Below are positions 56,233 to 57,007 of a stretch of DNA of 57,007 nt, one piece after another. The stretch is from a virus (Duplodnaviria; Caudoviricetes), in IMG/VR virus record IMGVR_UViG_3300028599_000005, positions 1-57,007 of that record; one strand, given 5' to 3'. Positions within the stretch are counted from its first letter, which is position 1. Each line of letters opens with the position of its first letter. The notes below the pieces were generated by a model. It worked only from the letters and a program-made list of their open reading frames with translations, searched no databases and had not been told where the DNA came from. The position numbers and the translations under genes are program-made.

Positions 56233-57007
56233 CCCGCTCCTTGCTGCGCCAGGAACTGCTGAAACATCGCGTTGCTAATCCCGCCCTGGATGGCGTTATT
56301 GACCCCGACTGCAGTTCCCGCCCCCGCTTGGCCGGCGGCAATGATCGCGTTGCCCTGATTGGCGGCCGTCTGGGCCGTCAGCGCGCCGGTCTGCGCCGCG
56401 GACGACTGGCCGATCCCAGCGAGTCCTGCCAAACGGTTGTAGTAATCGGCGAATTCGGCGCTGGCGAGGTTCTGCCCCAACTCGGTAATTGCTTCGGCCT
56501 GATTGCCGGAAAACAGGCTCCCGAACCTCGCCGCCGAGCGGTCCAGCGCGTCCACGCCGCGGTTGAAGCGGAATTCGAACCCCGGCGACGTGCGGAATCT
56601 CCCGAATGCCGCGTCCTGGGTGAAGAAATCCTCAGGCAAACCGGCAGTTGGGTCAACCGGCGCCGGGACATCGGGCCTGCCGGTCCGAAAACCGCCTGAC
56701 CCGAAACCGCCACCACCGCGAAAACCGCCCTCACCACCCTCTGTAACGTCGCCGAAGGTATCTCCACGCGGGTTGGTCCCACCGAACCCGCCGAATCCGC
56801 CCGAATCGTCCTCCGCGAAGAACTCCCTCGCGCCGGTGCGGGGATTGATGCTGTTGCGGCCGGACCGCACCACGAATCTCTCGGGGTTCATGCCGGCCCG
56901 GCGGAATCCGCGCGATAGTCCTTGGCGAACACCGGGTTGCGATGCCACCTCCACGGGCACGAGGGTTTCACCGGGCGAAACATGGGCGATCTCGGTGTCG
57001 CCGCCAC
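56229..57007 (-). CDS. Ejection protein (P22 gp7-like) body; starts at 76 across the junction
   Basis: SPGFEFR...SAARFGSLFSG...ASAEF..YYNRLAGLAGIGQ. Confidence 0.8.
   Translation of the reverse strand, partial: GGDTEIAHVSPGETLVPVEVASQPGVRQGLSRGFRRAGMNPERFVVRSGRNSINPRTGAREFFAEDDSGGFGGFGGTNPRGDTFGDVTEGGEGGFRGGGGFGSGGFRTGRPDVPAPVDPTAGLPEDFFTQDAAFGRFRTSPGFEFRFNRGVDALDRSAARFGSLFSGNQAEAITELGQNLASAEFADYYNRLAGLAGIGQSSAAQTGALTAQTAANQGNAIIAAGQAGAGTAVGVNNAIQGGISNAMFQQFLAQQGAG

Overview
The window appears to be a complete, circularly permuted ~57-kb temperate phage genome with P22-like podovirus virion genes. The gene cut by the window edge reads in frame from 76..1 into 57007..56229. An alphaproteobacterial host is likely (consensus CtrA box, gene content). 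Minus-strand late modules: TerS/TerL, portal, scaffold, coat, an accessory virion block with a glycosyltransferase-methyltransferase, gp4/gp10-like tail, ejection proteins, tailspike and lysis genes. Also present: a cro/cI switch, an early + operon (clamp-like, ERF, YqaJ), excisionase/integrase, and an attP (3' half of tRNA-Val) flanked by two HNH genes. Three unusual systems stand out. (1) An array of individually promoted tRNA-like small RNAs with conserved ends and variable cores, separated by repeated terminator-plus-promoter hairpins (47039-47958; relatives at 44.9-45.2 kb and 24.3-24.5 kb). (2) A chain of four small genes, each enclosed in its own long-range stem, next to a small HTH gene (19032-20344). 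(3) An HNH endonuclease with its own -10 box and RBS nested in another frame inside a 576-nt stop-free insert of a DNA methyltransferase. Functional labels come from motif recognition only; no searches were run.
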